The notes under the pieces were generated by a model. It searched no databases and was not told where the DNA came from. It saw only the letters and a list, made by a program, of their open reading frames with translations. From NCBI GenBank assembly GCA_012965975.1, contig DTRM01000027.1, positions 1 through 40,586 of the forward strand: a stretch of 40,586 bases of DNA, read 5' to 3'. The translations under genes were made by a program, and so were the position numbers. This DNA comes from Chromatiaceae bacterium (GTDB taxonomy: Bacteria; Pseudomonadota; Gammaproteobacteria; DTRM01). Below, in pieces: positions 1 to 9,262 of this stretch; the first letter of the stretch is position 1; the number at the start of each line of letters is the position of its first letter.

Positions 1-549
1 GCACTGGGTGATAGTATCGCGGTCAATGGTGTGTGTCTGACAGCCGTGGAATTCGGTGCGGAATACTTTTGTGCGGACGTGTCGCGCGAGACCCTGGACG
101 TGACAACACTGGGTGGGTTGCAACCGGGCGCGACGCTGAATCTGGAAAAGGCGCTGACCTTGTCGACACCGCTGGGTGGTCATTTAGTCAGTGGTCACGT
201 CGATGGCATCGGTGAGGTTATTGCACGGTCACCCGACGCGCGTTCCGAGCGTTTTGAGATTCGGGCGGCGGACAGTTTGGCGCGTTATCTTGCGGCGAAG
301 GGCTCGATTTGTGTGGATGGGGTGAGCTTGACGATCAACTCGGTGGACGGCGCGGTGGTGGGGCTCAATATTGTGCCGCACACGCTGCAGCAGACTAATT
401 TGTCGGAGTTGCATCCGGGTCGCCGAGTCAACCTTGAAGTTGATATCATAGCCCGCTATCTGGAACGGCTGATGCTGGGTGACCGGGCGGCTGAGGCCAC
501 GGGGGCCGGGTTAACCGAAGCGGTACTCCGGGACAGCGGATTTATTTGA
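1..549 (+). CDS. ribE: riboflavin synthase (alpha chain), 5'-truncated by the window edge
   Basis: Frame 1 is open from nt 1 (ALGDSIAVNGVCLTAVEF...). It has two lumazine-binding repeat signatures (GDSIAVNGVCLT and SICVDGVSLTINSV). The conserved rib-nusB cluster follows. Confidence 0.9.
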   Translation, partial: ALGDSIAVNGVCLTAVEFGAEYFCADVSRETLDVTTLGGLQPGATLNLEKALTLSTPLGGHLVSGHVDGIGEVIARSPDARSERFEIRAADSLARYLAAKGSICVDGVSLTINSVDGAVVGLNIVPHTLQQTNLSELHPGRRVNLEVDIIARYLERLMLGDRAAEATGAGLTEAVLRDSGFI

Positions 550-1676
550 ACACTGAGAAACCAATGGCATTGAATTCAACCGAAGAAATTGTCGAAGACA
601 TTCGTCGTGGCAAAATGGTCATCCTGATGGACGATGAGGATCGCGAGAATGAAGGCGACCTGATTATGGCGGCCGAGTATGTGTGTGCGAGCGATATTAA
701 TTTTATGGCACGTTATGGCCGTGGCCTGATTTGTTTGACCTTGACCAGTGAACGTTGTCAGAAGTTACGTCTGCCATTAATGGTCGATGACAATCAGGCA
801 GCGCTGGCAACCAATTTTACCGTATCGATCGAAGCGGCCGAAGGCGTGACGACCGGTATTTCAGCCGCGGATAGAGCGGCCACGGTCAAGGCGGCGGTGG
901 CTGAAGATGCGACCGCAGACGACATTGTGCAACCCGGGCATATCTTTCCATTGCGCGCACAGCCGGGCGGGGTACTAAACCGCGCGGGCCATACCGAAGC
1001 CGGTTGTGACCTTGCGCGCTTGTCCGGTGCTGAACCCGCGGCGGTTATTGTTGAAATCCTGAATGAAGATGGCAGCATGGCGCGTATGTCGGACCTGCTG
1101 GTGTTTGCACGTGAGCACGATCTTAAAATTGGCACTATCGCCGATCTGATTCAGTATCGGATGGATCATGAAAAGACCGTTGAACTCATCTCCGAGTGTG
1201 AGTTTCCTACCGAGTATGGCCACTTTCGGTTGCACGCGTTCGAAGATACGCTCGATGGTCGGATTCATATCGCGCTCATCATGGGAGACCTTGGCGGCGA
1301 CGATCCAGTTCTGGTGCGAGTGCATATGGAGAACGCCCTGTGTGATCTGTTTGGGTCGCAGCGTGCCGATTGCGGTTATCCATTGCAGGCGGCGATGAAG
1401 CGCATCGCACGCGAGGGCAGGGGTGTGGTGGTGGTGTTACGCAAGCCAACGACCTCACGTGGGCTGGCCAATCAGTTGCATACCTATCAACTTGAAGACG
1501 ATGGTTTGGATGGTTCTGTGGGAGATCAGGTTTGGGACGTGCGCAGCTACGGTTTAGGCGCGCAGATTTTGTCCGCTATAGGTATTCACACGATGCGTGT
1601 GTTGAGCTCACCAAAGAACGTGCATGGCTTGTCCGGGTTTAATCTTGAGATTGTCGAATACGTTGAGTGTGACTAA
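546..1676 (+). CDS. ribB: 3,4-dihydroxy-2-butanone-4-phosphate synthase fused to a degenerate GTP cyclohydrolase II-like domain (RibBX type)
   Basis: The N-terminal half has DHBP synthase motifs ([28 protein letters not shown]). The C-terminal half aligns to RibA, but the Zn-binding Cys triad region reads [18 protein letters not shown], so only one of three Cys is kept. TTG 546 overlaps the ribE stop; ATG 564 is an alternative start. Confidence 0.88.
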   Translation: MNTEKPMALNSTEEIVEDIRRGKMVILMDDEDRENEGDLIMAAEYVCASDINFMARYGRGLICLTLTSERCQKLRLPLMVDDNQAALATNFTVSIEAAEGVTTGISAADRAATVKAAVAEDATADDIVQPGHIFPLRAQPGGVLNRAGHTEAGCDLARLSGAEPAAVIVEILNEDGSMARMSDLLVFAREHDLKIGTIADLIQYRMDHEKTVELISECEFPTEYGHFRLHAFEDTLDGRIHIALIMGDLGGDDPVLVRVHMENALCDLFGSQRADCGYPLQAAMKRIAREGRGVVVVLRKPTTSRGLANQLHTYQLEDDGLDGSVGDQVWDVRSYGLGAQILSAIGIHTMRVLSSPKNVHGLSGFNLEIVEYVECD

Positions 1677-1726
1677 TCAGCGAATCCCTGTCCTTTGACC
1701 CTGTCTTACGGTAAGGTTATGAAATT

Positions 1727-2200
1727 ATGAGTGAAATTAACACAATCGAAGGCGATCTGATCGTCGGGGATGCCCGCTTTACGCTAGTGGTCACACGCTT
1801 TAACAGCTTTATCACCGAGAGTTTGCTCGATGGCGCTGTTGATACCTTGCTGCGTCACGGAGCCAAGCGCGAGAACCTGACTATTGTCCGCGTGCCTGGC
1901 GCATTCGAATTGCCACTGGTAGTGAAAAAGATTGCGGCCAAGGGCGACGTTGATGCCATCGTCGCGTTAGGGGCGGTTATTCGTGGTGGCACACCACATT
2001 TTGAGTATGTTGCGGGTGAGTGTGTTAAAGGCATGGCCTCGGCGATGATGGCGCATCAAGTGCCGGTCGCGTTTGGAGTGTTAACCGTTGATTCCATCGA
2101 ACAGGCGGTCGAACGAGCGGGCACCAAGGCCGGCAACAAGGGCGGCGAAGCGGCGCTTTCAAGCATCGAAATGGTCAATATTCTCCGTCAGCTCGACTGA
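1727..2200 (+). CDS. ribH: 6,7-dimethyl-8-ribityllumazine synthase
   Basis: 157 aa with typical RibH sequence ([36 protein letters not shown]). It sits between ribB and nusB. Confidence 0.93.
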   Translation: MSEINTIEGDLIVGDARFTLVVTRFNSFITESLLDGAVDTLLRHGAKRENLTIVRVPGAFELPLVVKKIAAKGDVDAIVALGAVIRGGTPHFEYVAGECVKGMASAMMAHQVPVAFGVLTVDSIEQAVERAGTKAGNKGGEAALSSIEMVNILRQLD

Positions 2201-2589
2201 TGAGCAGGGAGAGGACCCGGGCTCGCCATCGCGCCGTACAGGGGTTGTATCAATGGCTTCTCTCCGGCATCAGCACCGAAGATATCGAAACCCAGTTTCT
2301 TGAAACCCAGGACATGAAGGGTGTCGAGATGTCTTACTTTCAAGAACTTCTGCATCAGGTTCCAGCGCACGTAACCGAGCTTGATGAGCAGTTGAGTCCG
2401 CATGTCGACCGATCGCTGCAGGGGCTTGATCCGGTCGAGCTTTCTATCCTTGCGTATGAATTGGGTTATCGTAAAGAGATTCCGTACAAGGTGGTTATTA
2501 ACGAGGCCGTCAATGCGGCGAAGCGCTTTGGTGCTGAAGGTAGCCACAAATTTGTCAATGGGGTGCTGGATAAACTGGCACACAGCTAA
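2200..2589 (+). CDS. nusB: transcription antitermination factor NusB
   Basis: 129 aa with NusB-like sequence (RARHRAVQGLYQW, AILAYEL, VVINEAVNAAKRFG, KFVNGVLDKL). Its ATG overlaps the ribH stop. Confidence 0.9.
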   Translation: MSRERTRARHRAVQGLYQWLLSGISTEDIETQFLETQDMKGVEMSYFQELLHQVPAHVTELDEQLSPHVDRSLQGLDPVELSILAYELGYRKEIPYKVVINEAVNAAKRFGAEGSHKFVNGVLDKLAHS

Positions 2590-2595
2590 AGAAAG

Positions 2596-2640
2596 CCCTC
2601 ACCTTGGCCCTCTCCCTTCAGGAGAGGGCCAAGGTGAGGG
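2596..2640. repeat. perfect 20-bp stem / 5-nt loop hairpin (REP-like element or nusB-thiL attenuator)
   Basis: ccctcaccttggccctctcc (2596-2615), loop cttca, ggagagggccaaggtgaggg (2621-2640). It lies between the nusB stop (2589) and the thiL ATG (2670). There is no immediately adjacent T-tract. Confidence 0.75.
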
Positions 2641-2669
2641 ACTATAATTTAGTTTTTTCAGTTATTCCT

Positions 2670-3629
2670 ATGCCTCTATCTGAATTCGAACTCATCCAGA
2701 AATACTTTAAGCGCGCGCGAGGTAATGGCATCGTGCTGGGTGTAGGCGATGACGCGGCGATCATCGACTGTCCAACCGGTATGCAGCAGGTCATTACGGT
2801 GGACACGTTAGTTGAGGGCACCCACTTCAGCATCGACGCCGACCCCGAGAGTCTGGGACACAAGACGTTGGCAGTGAATCTCAGTGACCTCGCCGCGATG
2901 GGTGCCACGCCCGCATGGATAACGTTGGCACTGACCCTGCCTGCGGTAGACGAAGGCTGGCTACAGGCATTTTCGCAAGGCTTGCTGGGCTTGGCGCAAC
3001 GCTGGAATGTCTCGTTGATCGGTGGTGATACCACGCGCGGTCCCTTGTCGATTACACTACAGGCTGGTGGTTGGGTGAAGGCAGGGCAGGCGTTGCGCCG
3101 CGACGGTGCTGGCAAAGGCGATTTGATTTATGTCACGGGTTGCTTGGGCGATGCGGGTTTGGCGCTGATGGTCGAGCAGCAAGAGTATCGTCCAGATCCC
3201 GGTTATGGCGACTATCTCGCGCAGCGTTTGCATCGGCCTGAGCCTCGTGTGAATGAGGGCCTGGCTCTGTCTGGCATCGCCTCGGCCGCGATTGATATAT
3301 CGGATGGCCTGATCGCCGATCTTGGACACATCCTCAGTGCCAGTGTGATGGGCGCGACCATTCACAGTGACAGGATTCCACACTCGGCTGCGTTGCAGTC
3401 TTATATCGACAGCACAGGCGATGTCACGCTGGCGATGCTGGCCGGAGAGGATTACGAGCTATGCGTTACGGTACCGGAAAGTACTCAGGCTGAATTTGAG
3501 CAGCGGTTACCGAATGCTTGTTGGATCGGGGTTGTGGAGGCAGACGCAGGTCTGCGTTGCGTCGATGCGCAGGGTGACAAGATCGAGTATTCCCGCGGGG
3601 GATACGATCATTTTTGCGAGACGCAATAA
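2670..3629 (+). CDS. thiL: thiamine-monophosphate kinase
   Basis: ThiL/AIR-synthase-related motifs are present (GVGDDAAII, NLSDLAAMGA, GGDTTRG, IDISDGL). ATG 2670 (MPLSEFELIQKYF) is preferred over ORF start 2604, which would translate the hairpin. Confidence 0.9.
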   Translation: MPLSEFELIQKYFKRARGNGIVLGVGDDAAIIDCPTGMQQVITVDTLVEGTHFSIDADPESLGHKTLAVNLSDLAAMGATPAWITLALTLPAVDEGWLQAFSQGLLGLAQRWNVSLIGGDTTRGPLSITLQAGGWVKAGQALRRDGAGKGDLIYVTGCLGDAGLALMVEQQEYRPDPGYGDYLAQRLHRPEPRVNEGLALSGIASAAIDISDGLIADLGHILSASVMGATIHSDRIPHSAALQSYIDSTGDVTLAMLAGEDYELCVTVPESTQAEFEQRLPNACWIGVVEADAGLRCVDAQGDKIEYSRGGYDHFCETQ

Positions 3630-4114
3630 TGGCTAGAGTGCCCGATGTAACCGAGTTGTTAACTGATTTCAGATTGCTGCTGGCATTCGGGTTCGGCACT
3701 GGTCTGGCACCGAAGGCACCGGGAACCGCAGGTACGGTGGTGGGTTTGATGTTGTATCTGGTATTGCCTGAAATGCCGGTGTGGCAGTACGTCGTATTGT
3801 GTCTGGTGATGTCGGTAGTAGGGGTTTGGCTATGTGAATATGCGGCGAACTGGTCCGGCGTCAAGGATCACCCCGGTATTGTGTTTGATGAAATCGTCGG
3901 TTATCTGGTGACCATGACGTTCGCGCCGGCGGGCTTGGGTTGGGCCTTGTTGGGGTTTCTTTTGTTTCGGGTATTCGACATACTCAAACCGTTTCCGATC
4001 GACGTGCTGGACAAAAATTGTCGTGGCGGTTTTGGAATAATGATCGATGATATTGTCGCGGGTTTCGCGGCACTGGCATCACTGCAGTTTATTGTTTGGC
4101 TTGTTCAGGTATAG
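3629..4114 (+). CDS. pgpA: phosphatidylglycerophosphatase A
   Basis: PgpA family sequence (GFGTGLAPKAPGTAGT, DHPGIVFDEIVG, FRVFDILKPFPI). ATG 3629 overlaps the thiL TAA by 1 nt. thiL-pgpA synteny is conserved. Confidence 0.85.
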   Translation: MARVPDVTELLTDFRLLLAFGFGTGLAPKAPGTAGTVVGLMLYLVLPEMPVWQYVVLCLVMSVVGVWLCEYAANWSGVKDHPGIVFDEIVGYLVTMTFAPAGLGWALLGFLLFRVFDILKPFPIDVLDKNCRGGFGIMIDDIVAGFAALASLQFIVWLVQV

Positions 4115-6260
4115 CGTCGGTGATGATTTCTATCATTTGATCGCTTGATGAGTTCAATAGTGCTTCCAATTTAGCTGCACTCAGCGGTTCGCTGAACAGT
4201 TCCCCCTGAACTTCATCGCAGTCGTTCTCGGTGAGAAACTCAAGTTGTGCAAGGGTTTCCACGCCTTCCGCAATCACGTTCATTCCCAGTTTGTGTGCCA
4301 AGGAGATAATGGCCGACGCCATCGCCGAATCATCAGGGTTATGCGGAATATTACGAATAAACGATAGATCAATTTTGAGATTATCCAGTTTGAATCGGGT
4401 CAGGTAATTCAGGGATGAGTAACCGGTACCAAAATCATCAATGGATGTGTGAATGCCGATGGCGTTCAGGTGGCGTAAGGTAGCTGCGGTACTCTCTACG
4501 TCGTTCATCGCAAGCGACTCAGTGATTTCCAGTTCGAGTAATCCCGGTTGTAGCCCGGATTCATCAAGGGTTTCCTCGATCAGTGACCCGATATAGTCCT
4601 GGTCCAACTGTCGCGCAGATACGTTCACCGCAACGCGCACGGAACCTATCCCGTCTCGGTGCCACCGACTGGCGTTGCGGCAAGCCGTTTTCAGCACCCA
4701 TTCTCCAAGAGGAATGATCAGTCCGGATTCCTCAGCGATCGGTATAAATTCAGACGGTGGTATAACGCCCAGTTCGGCGGTCTCCCAGCGTAGCAGAGCC
4801 TCAACTCCAACCATCTGGTGGGTCTTGGTTGATACCTTGGGTTGATACACCAGGGTAAATTCATTTTTTTCGATTGCCTTGCGCATGTGTTGCTCAAGGT
4901 TGAGGCGATTGATGGCGGCCTGGTCCATGTCAGCCGTATAAAAGGCATAGGCATTGCGCCCCTTGTCCTTGGCACGATACATGCTGGTGTCTGCATTTTT
5001 AATAAGCACATCACTCGCGCTGCCATCTTCAGGGTAAATTGCGATGCCGACGCTGGTCGTGACGTTGAGTTCCTGATCCTCAAATACAACGGTTTGTGAA
5101 ACTGATTCGATGATTTTCTTGGCCACCCGACCAGCATCTTCGGCGACAGAGATGTTTGGCAGAAGAATCATGAATTCATCGCCACCCAGTCGCGCCACCG
5201 TGTCATCGTCGCGTATGCAGTTCTGTAGGCGTTGGGCGACCACACGCAGTAATTGATCTCCGAAGGAGTGACCGAGTGAGTCGTTAATGATCTTGAACCG
5301 ATCTAGATCGAGAAATAAAATGGCCAGCTGTTTTTTCTCACGTGATGCATGTGCCAGTTCGATGTCGAGCCGATCGTTCAACATCGTGCGATTAGGTAAA
5401 TCTGTCAACGCATCGTGATAGGCCTGCCAGGTCATCCGCTTGGCGGCGGTTTCGGCACGTTCTTTGGATATGGCCAACTGCTGGTTTGCAGTTTTCAACG
5501 CGTGGGTGCGCTCCGCAATATTTTCTTCAAGTATCACGTGTTGTTGGGCAAGTTCGGAATCGCGGATCTGAATCTCGTTCATCATTTTGTTAAAAGTGCC
5601 GATCAGTCGTCCGATCTCATCACTACCTTCGCCAGCGACTTGCAGCGCATAGTTATTGTTTTTAGCTACTTCTGTCGCGGCTTTCGATAAACGCAAAATG
5701 GGGTCGGTGACTAGCCGTTGCAGTTTGGATGCGATGGCATAGACCAGTATCAACGATCCCATCAATATGGACAGAAGAACTACGCCATACCAGATCAGGC
5801 GCGCCTTCATCACCATCAGATCGGAACGAATATACATAGCCCCGTATTTCTGGCCATCGATTACGATGGGTTCCATGATGTCGAAATGATCATCCCATAA
5901 CGGGACCGATTCGCCGGTGGCGTTGATCGGTACCGTTCCGTCGGGGATGTCATCGCGCAGATAATGGGCAAAGGCTCGGCCGTCAGGCGAATAAATAGTG
6001 GCCGCCAGAATATGCGGTTGGGAAGACAGAAAACTGAGAGTCTGGACCGCGGTTGCGGTGTCGTTCAACGTTAAAGCGGCGGCGATATTCGGCCCGAGTA
6101 TTTGGGATACCGTGATCAGGTCGGTGCGTAGCGATTTTCTGAGGTTACTGATGTCGTTGAGCATCAGGACAGTACAGGTCAGCACCAGCACGATGATGCT
6201 GGTGAGCATCATCATGCCGGTTATTTTCTGTTGCAGAGAAAGACTGCTAAACCGCGCCAT
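4089..6260 (-). CDS. membrane sensor diguanylate cyclase/phosphodiesterase (periplasmic sensor, HAMP, coiled coil, GGDEF, EAL)
   Basis: 723 aa with two TM segments flanking a ~140-aa periplasmic domain (possibly CHASE8-like, not verified). It has an HAMP-like linker, an intact GGDEF motif (RLGGDEFMILL), and intact EAL motifs (EALLRWE, DDFGTGYSSL). Confidence 0.9.
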   Translation of the reverse strand: MARFSSLSLQQKITGMMMLTSIIVLVLTCTVLMLNDISNLRKSLRTDLITVSQILGPNIAAALTLNDTATAVQTLSFLSSQPHILAATIYSPDGRAFAHYLRDDIPDGTVPINATGESVPLWDDHFDIMEPIVIDGQKYGAMYIRSDLMVMKARLIWYGVVLLSILMGSLILVYAIASKLQRLVTDPILRLSKAATEVAKNNNYALQVAGEGSDEIGRLIGTFNKMMNEIQIRDSELAQQHVILEENIAERTHALKTANQQLAISKERAETAAKRMTWQAYHDALTDLPNRTMLNDRLDIELAHASREKKQLAILFLDLDRFKIINDSLGHSFGDQLLRVVAQRLQNCIRDDDTVARLGGDEFMILLPNISVAEDAGRVAKKIIESVSQTVVFEDQELNVTTSVGIAIYPEDGSASDVLIKNADTSMYRAKDKGRNAYAFYTADMDQAAINRLNLEQHMRKAIEKNEFTLVYQPKVSTKTHQMVGVEALLRWETAELGVIPPSEFIPIAEESGLIIPLGEWVLKTACRNASRWHRDGIGSVRVAVNVSARQLDQDYIGSLIEETLDESGLQPGLLELEITESLAMNDVESTAATLRHLNAIGIHTSIDDFGTGYSSLNYLTRFKLDNLKIDLSFIRNIPHNPDDSAMASAIISLAHKLGMNVIAEGVETLAQLEFLTENDCDEVQGELFSEPLSAAKLEALLNSSSDQMIEIITDAIPEQAKQ

Positions 6261-6407
6261 ACCATCAATTTTGTGGCAGCAGACCGGATTGTCATCCGCG
6301 CCTGATACCCCCTATACCCTAGATATTGGTTTACTCTGGGGGTTATCGGCCAAAAGGGGGCCGACTTTATTGATGATTTCCGGCAACAGCCGGCGGGGAA
6401 AGGGGGG

Positions 6408-7226
6408 CTATTGCTTGTCTTTGTCGTGCTCAATCAGCGCATAGGCAGAGTGGTTGTGAATGGACTCAAAATTCTCTGATTCGACCGTATAGGCCGCAAT
6501 CCGCTCATCCGCGTTAAGAATACTGGCCACGTCGCGCACCATATCCTCAACAAATTTAGGGTTTTCATAGGCACGTTCGGTGACGAATTTTTCATCGGGC
6601 CGTTTCAACAAGCCGTACAGTTCGCACGATGCCTGTTTCTCGACTATGTCGATGACTTCTTCGATCCACACGAAACCACGGGTGCGGACGGTGATGGTCA
6701 CGTGGGAACGCTGATTATGCGCCCCATGCTTGGAGATTTTCTTCGAGCATGGACACAGGCTGGTGACCGGAACCACAACTTTGAGGGACATATCCGCCTG
6801 ACCGTCATGGATTTCGCCGATGAAGCTGACCTCATAATCAAGCAGGCTTTTTACGCCCGTGACCGGAGCCGTTTTATCCACGAAGTAGGGGAAGGTCATC
6901 TCAATGTGGCCGGAGCTGGCTTCAAGGCGATCGGTCATTTCGGCCAGCATTTCGTTAAAGGACTTGACCGTAATCTCGTTCTCATGACCGTTGAGGATCT
7001 CCATGAAACGCGACATATGCGTCCCTTTAAAATTGTGTGGGAGATTCACGTACATGTTGAAGTTGGCGATAGTGTGTTGTTCGCCACTGCTGCGGTCGCG
7101 CACCTTAATCGGGTGCCGAACATCTTTGATGCCGACTTTGTCGATCGCAATATGGCGCGTATCAGGGGTGCTTTGAACGTCATCCATGGGTTGTGGGGTA
7201 TCGATGGTTGAGGTGCACTGAGTCAT
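6408..7226 (-). CDS. folE2: GTP cyclohydrolase I type 2 (FolE2 / GCYH-IB)
   Basis: 272 aa with COG1469/FolE2-like sequence ([37 protein letters not shown]). Confidence 0.85.
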   Translation of the reverse strand: MTQCTSTIDTPQPMDDVQSTPDTRHIAIDKVGIKDVRHPIKVRDRSSGEQHTIANFNMYVNLPHNFKGTHMSRFMEILNGHENEITVKSFNEMLAEMTDRLEASSGHIEMTFPYFVDKTAPVTGVKSLLDYEVSFIGEIHDGQADMSLKVVVPVTSLCPCSKKISKHGAHNQRSHVTITVRTRGFVWIEEVIDIVEKQASCELYGLLKRPDEKFVTERAYENPKFVEDMVRDVASILNADERIAAYTVESENFESIHNHSAYALIEHDKDKQ

Positions 7227-7441
7227 GGGTTCGATAAAGGCCTTTTATTGAGTCCGCCGACGTTTCGCCGAGTCGGACCCGAATACCTGATAAGATTAGT
7301 AGGTATTTTACGCGAATCGGCGTCCATCAGCAACCACTGGCGGTGGGTCGAAACCTAAAGTCAGCTCTAGAAACGGCCTTCAATCAGCTGCCATTGACGA
7401 CGATAAGCCCATGAAAAATATTGATTAGTTGGTCGCTTGGT

Positions 7442-8371
7442 TCAACTCGGTCGGACGATGATGAATTCGGCGATTCGGCGCAGCATATCCGCACGCTGGT
7501 CAAGATCAGACAGGCTTTTGAGGGCCCGCTGATACAGGTCCTCGGCCTTTTCACGGGCCGCTTCCAGACCGATTAGCGACGGATAGGTGGGTTTGTCCAT
7601 GGCGATATCCTTGCCTTGGGTCTTGCCCAGTGTGTGGGTATCGCCCTCGATATCAAGAATGTCATCGCGTATCTGGAAGGCGAGTCCAATGCAGTTGGCA
7701 AAGTGACTGAGGCGCTTTATTTGCTCGTCGGTCACCTCGGTCGTCGCATAGGCACCGAGCAGCACACTGGAGCGAATCAGCGCCCCGGTTTTGTGAATGT
7801 GCATATTCTCAAGCTCGGTGACGCTGAGGGTTTTGCCGACTGACGCCAGATCAATGGCCTGCCCACCGGCCATGCCTCGCGACCCGGAGGCAAGGGCCAG
7901 CGCCTCGATCATGCGCAGGCGAGTGTCCGCCACAATGCTCAGACGCGGATCATGGCTGAGAATATAGAATGCCAGTGACTGCAGGGCATCCCCTGCGAGT
8001 AACGCGGTTGCCTCGTCAAACGCCACATGGCAGGTTGCGCGCCCTCGGCGTAACTCATCGTTATCCATGGCCGGAAGATCGTCATGAATCAGAGAGTAGG
8101 AATGAATCAGTTCAACCGCGCAGGCGGGCCCGTCGAGACCCCGCATATCAACACCCAGCGCGATGCCCGTCGCATAGACCAGCATCGGACGCACACGCTT
8201 GCCGCCGCCCAGAACCGAGTAACGCATGGCCTTGTGCAGAATTTCCGGCGTGGTGTCGGGTGACGGAAGCCAACGGTCGAGCGCAGGTTCTACCCGCGCC
8301 TGGCACTCCAGCATAAACGCGTCGAGGTCGGACGGTTTACTCTGACTCAAAGTTTTGGGGTTCACTTTCAA
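7442..8371 (-). CDS. ispA: (2E,6E)-farnesyl diphosphate synthase
   Basis: First and second Asp-rich motifs are present ([17 protein letters not shown]; FQIRDDILD). It lies downstream of xseB as in many gammaproteobacteria. The longest ORF starts at TTG 8371 and overlaps xseB by 35 nt; ATG 8314 is a plausible true start. Confidence 0.9.
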   Translation of the reverse strand: MKVNPKTLSQSKPSDLDAFMLECQARVEPALDRWLPSPDTTPEILHKAMRYSVLGGGKRVRPMLVYATGIALGVDMRGLDGPACAVELIHSYSLIHDDLPAMDNDELRRGRATCHVAFDEATALLAGDALQSLAFYILSHDPRLSIVADTRLRMIEALALASGSRGMAGGQAIDLASVGKTLSVTELENMHIHKTGALIRSSVLLGAYATTEVTDEQIKRLSHFANCIGLAFQIRDDILDIEGDTHTLGKTQGKDIAMDKPTYPSLIGLEAAREKAEDLYQRALKSLSDLDQRADMLRRIAEFIIVRPS

Positions 8372-8570
8372 AATCCTTTGACAGCAGAATCTCGACTTTC
8401 TGTTCTGCCTCGGTCAGCGCCTGCTGACAGGTTCGAGTCAGTTCGATGCCGCGTTCAAAATGTTGCAGCGACTCTTCGAGGCTGATATCGCCTTGTTCCA
8501 TCTTTTCAACCAAGGTTTCCAGTTCTTTCAAGGATGCCTCAAAGTCGATTTTTTTGTTTTTGCTTGTCAC
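8337..8570 (-). CDS. xseB: exodeoxyribonuclease VII small subunit
   Basis: 77 aa with a GTG start and XseB-like sequence ([43 protein letters not shown]). Confidence 0.9.
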   Translation of the reverse strand: MTSKNKKIDFEASLKELETLVEKMEQGDISLEESLQHFERGIELTRTCQQALTEAEQKVEILLSKDFESEPQNFESE

Positions 8571-8662
8571 TGGATTTTCACTAACTGATTGCTGGTACTG
8601 GAAATAATACTGGAAGTTGCCGGTTTCGAGAACATCAACCGTGATTTAGTGCTTGCGAGCTA

Positions 8663-8692
8663 TTGACACCCCAATTACGCGGGGCTTATAGT
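8663..8692 (+). promoter_or_regulatory. candidate sigma70 promoter for the rubrerythrin gene
   Basis: TTGACA (8663-8668), 18-nt spacer, TATAGT (8687-8692), about 79 nt upstream of ATG 8771. This is a sequence match only. Confidence 0.4.
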
Positions 8693-8770
8693 TCCTGGCC
8701 TCAAGGTTGTAAAATAACCTGATAAATCATATAATTATAGTTTAAATTCTACGGAATAGTGGAGGGAATT

Positions 8771-9190
8771 ATGGATCTTAAAGGCAGTAAAACAGAGCAG
8801 AGTCTAAAAGACGCCTTTGCCGGTGAAAGTCAGGCAAATCGTCGTTATTTGTATTTCGCGGCCAAAGCCGATGTCGAAGGTTACAATGATGTAGCCGCTG
8901 TTTTCCGCTCAACGGCGGAAGGTGAAACCGGCCATGCTCACGGTCATCTGGAATATCTTGAGGCCGTCGGTGACCCGGCGACTGGTATGCCCATTGGCGG
9001 TACCGGCGACAATCTTAAGGCATCCATCGCGGGTGAAACCCACGAGTACACGGATATGTACCCAGGTATGGCCAAGGACGCACGTGACGAGGGTTTTGAC
9101 GAGATCGCCGACTGGTTTGAGACGCTGGGCAAAGCCGAGCGTTCTCACGCCAATCGTTTTCAGAAGGCGTTGGACGCACTCGACGATTAA
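8771..9190 (+). CDS. rubrerythrin-family diiron protein (ferritin-like domain only, no rubredoxin domain)
   Basis: GESQANRRYLYFA, EGETGHAHGHLEYL, IAGETHEYTDMYP and KAERSHANRF provide the ExxH diiron ligand pairs. A GGAGG Shine-Dalgarno lies just upstream of ATG 8771. Confidence 0.85.
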   Translation: MDLKGSKTEQSLKDAFAGESQANRRYLYFAAKADVEGYNDVAAVFRSTAEGETGHAHGHLEYLEAVGDPATGMPIGGTGDNLKASIAGETHEYTDMYPGMAKDARDEGFDEIADWFETLGKAERSHANRFQKALDALDD

Positions 9191-9262
9191 TACCGATGGT
9201 GCGCCGGTTGGGCGGTTCGCCTGCCGGCGTGTGGCCATTGTGCTTGGCTACAGGAAACGCAA

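Noticed and set aside
2604-2669. The N-terminal 22 codons of the long thiL ORF (MALSLQERAKVRDYNLVFSVIP).
   Set aside because: These codons simply translate the 20-bp-stem REP-like hairpin. ThiL homology starts at MPLSEFELIQKYF (ATG 2670).
1-2700. An FMN or TPP riboswitch associated with the rib genes or thiL.
   Set aside because: The genes abut or overlap, with gaps of 0-80 nt. No conserved riboswitch core sequences are visible. The only structure is the simple REP-like hairpin.
6702-7211. A 169-aa plus-strand ORF opposite folE2.
   Set aside because: It is an antisense shadow of a confidently identified gene.
7282-7307. A 7-bp inverted repeat (aatacct-N12-aggtatt) upstream of folE2, considered as a Zur or other operator.
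   Set aside because: It is too short and bears no resemblance to the known Zur-box consensus. It could easily arise by chance.
8721-8739. A Fur-box-like sequence (GATAAATCATATAATTATA) in the rubrerythrin leader.
   Set aside because: It matches only about 12 of 19 positions of GATAATGATAATCATTATC in an AT-rich stretch, and it lies downstream of the predicted promoter. This is too weak to call.
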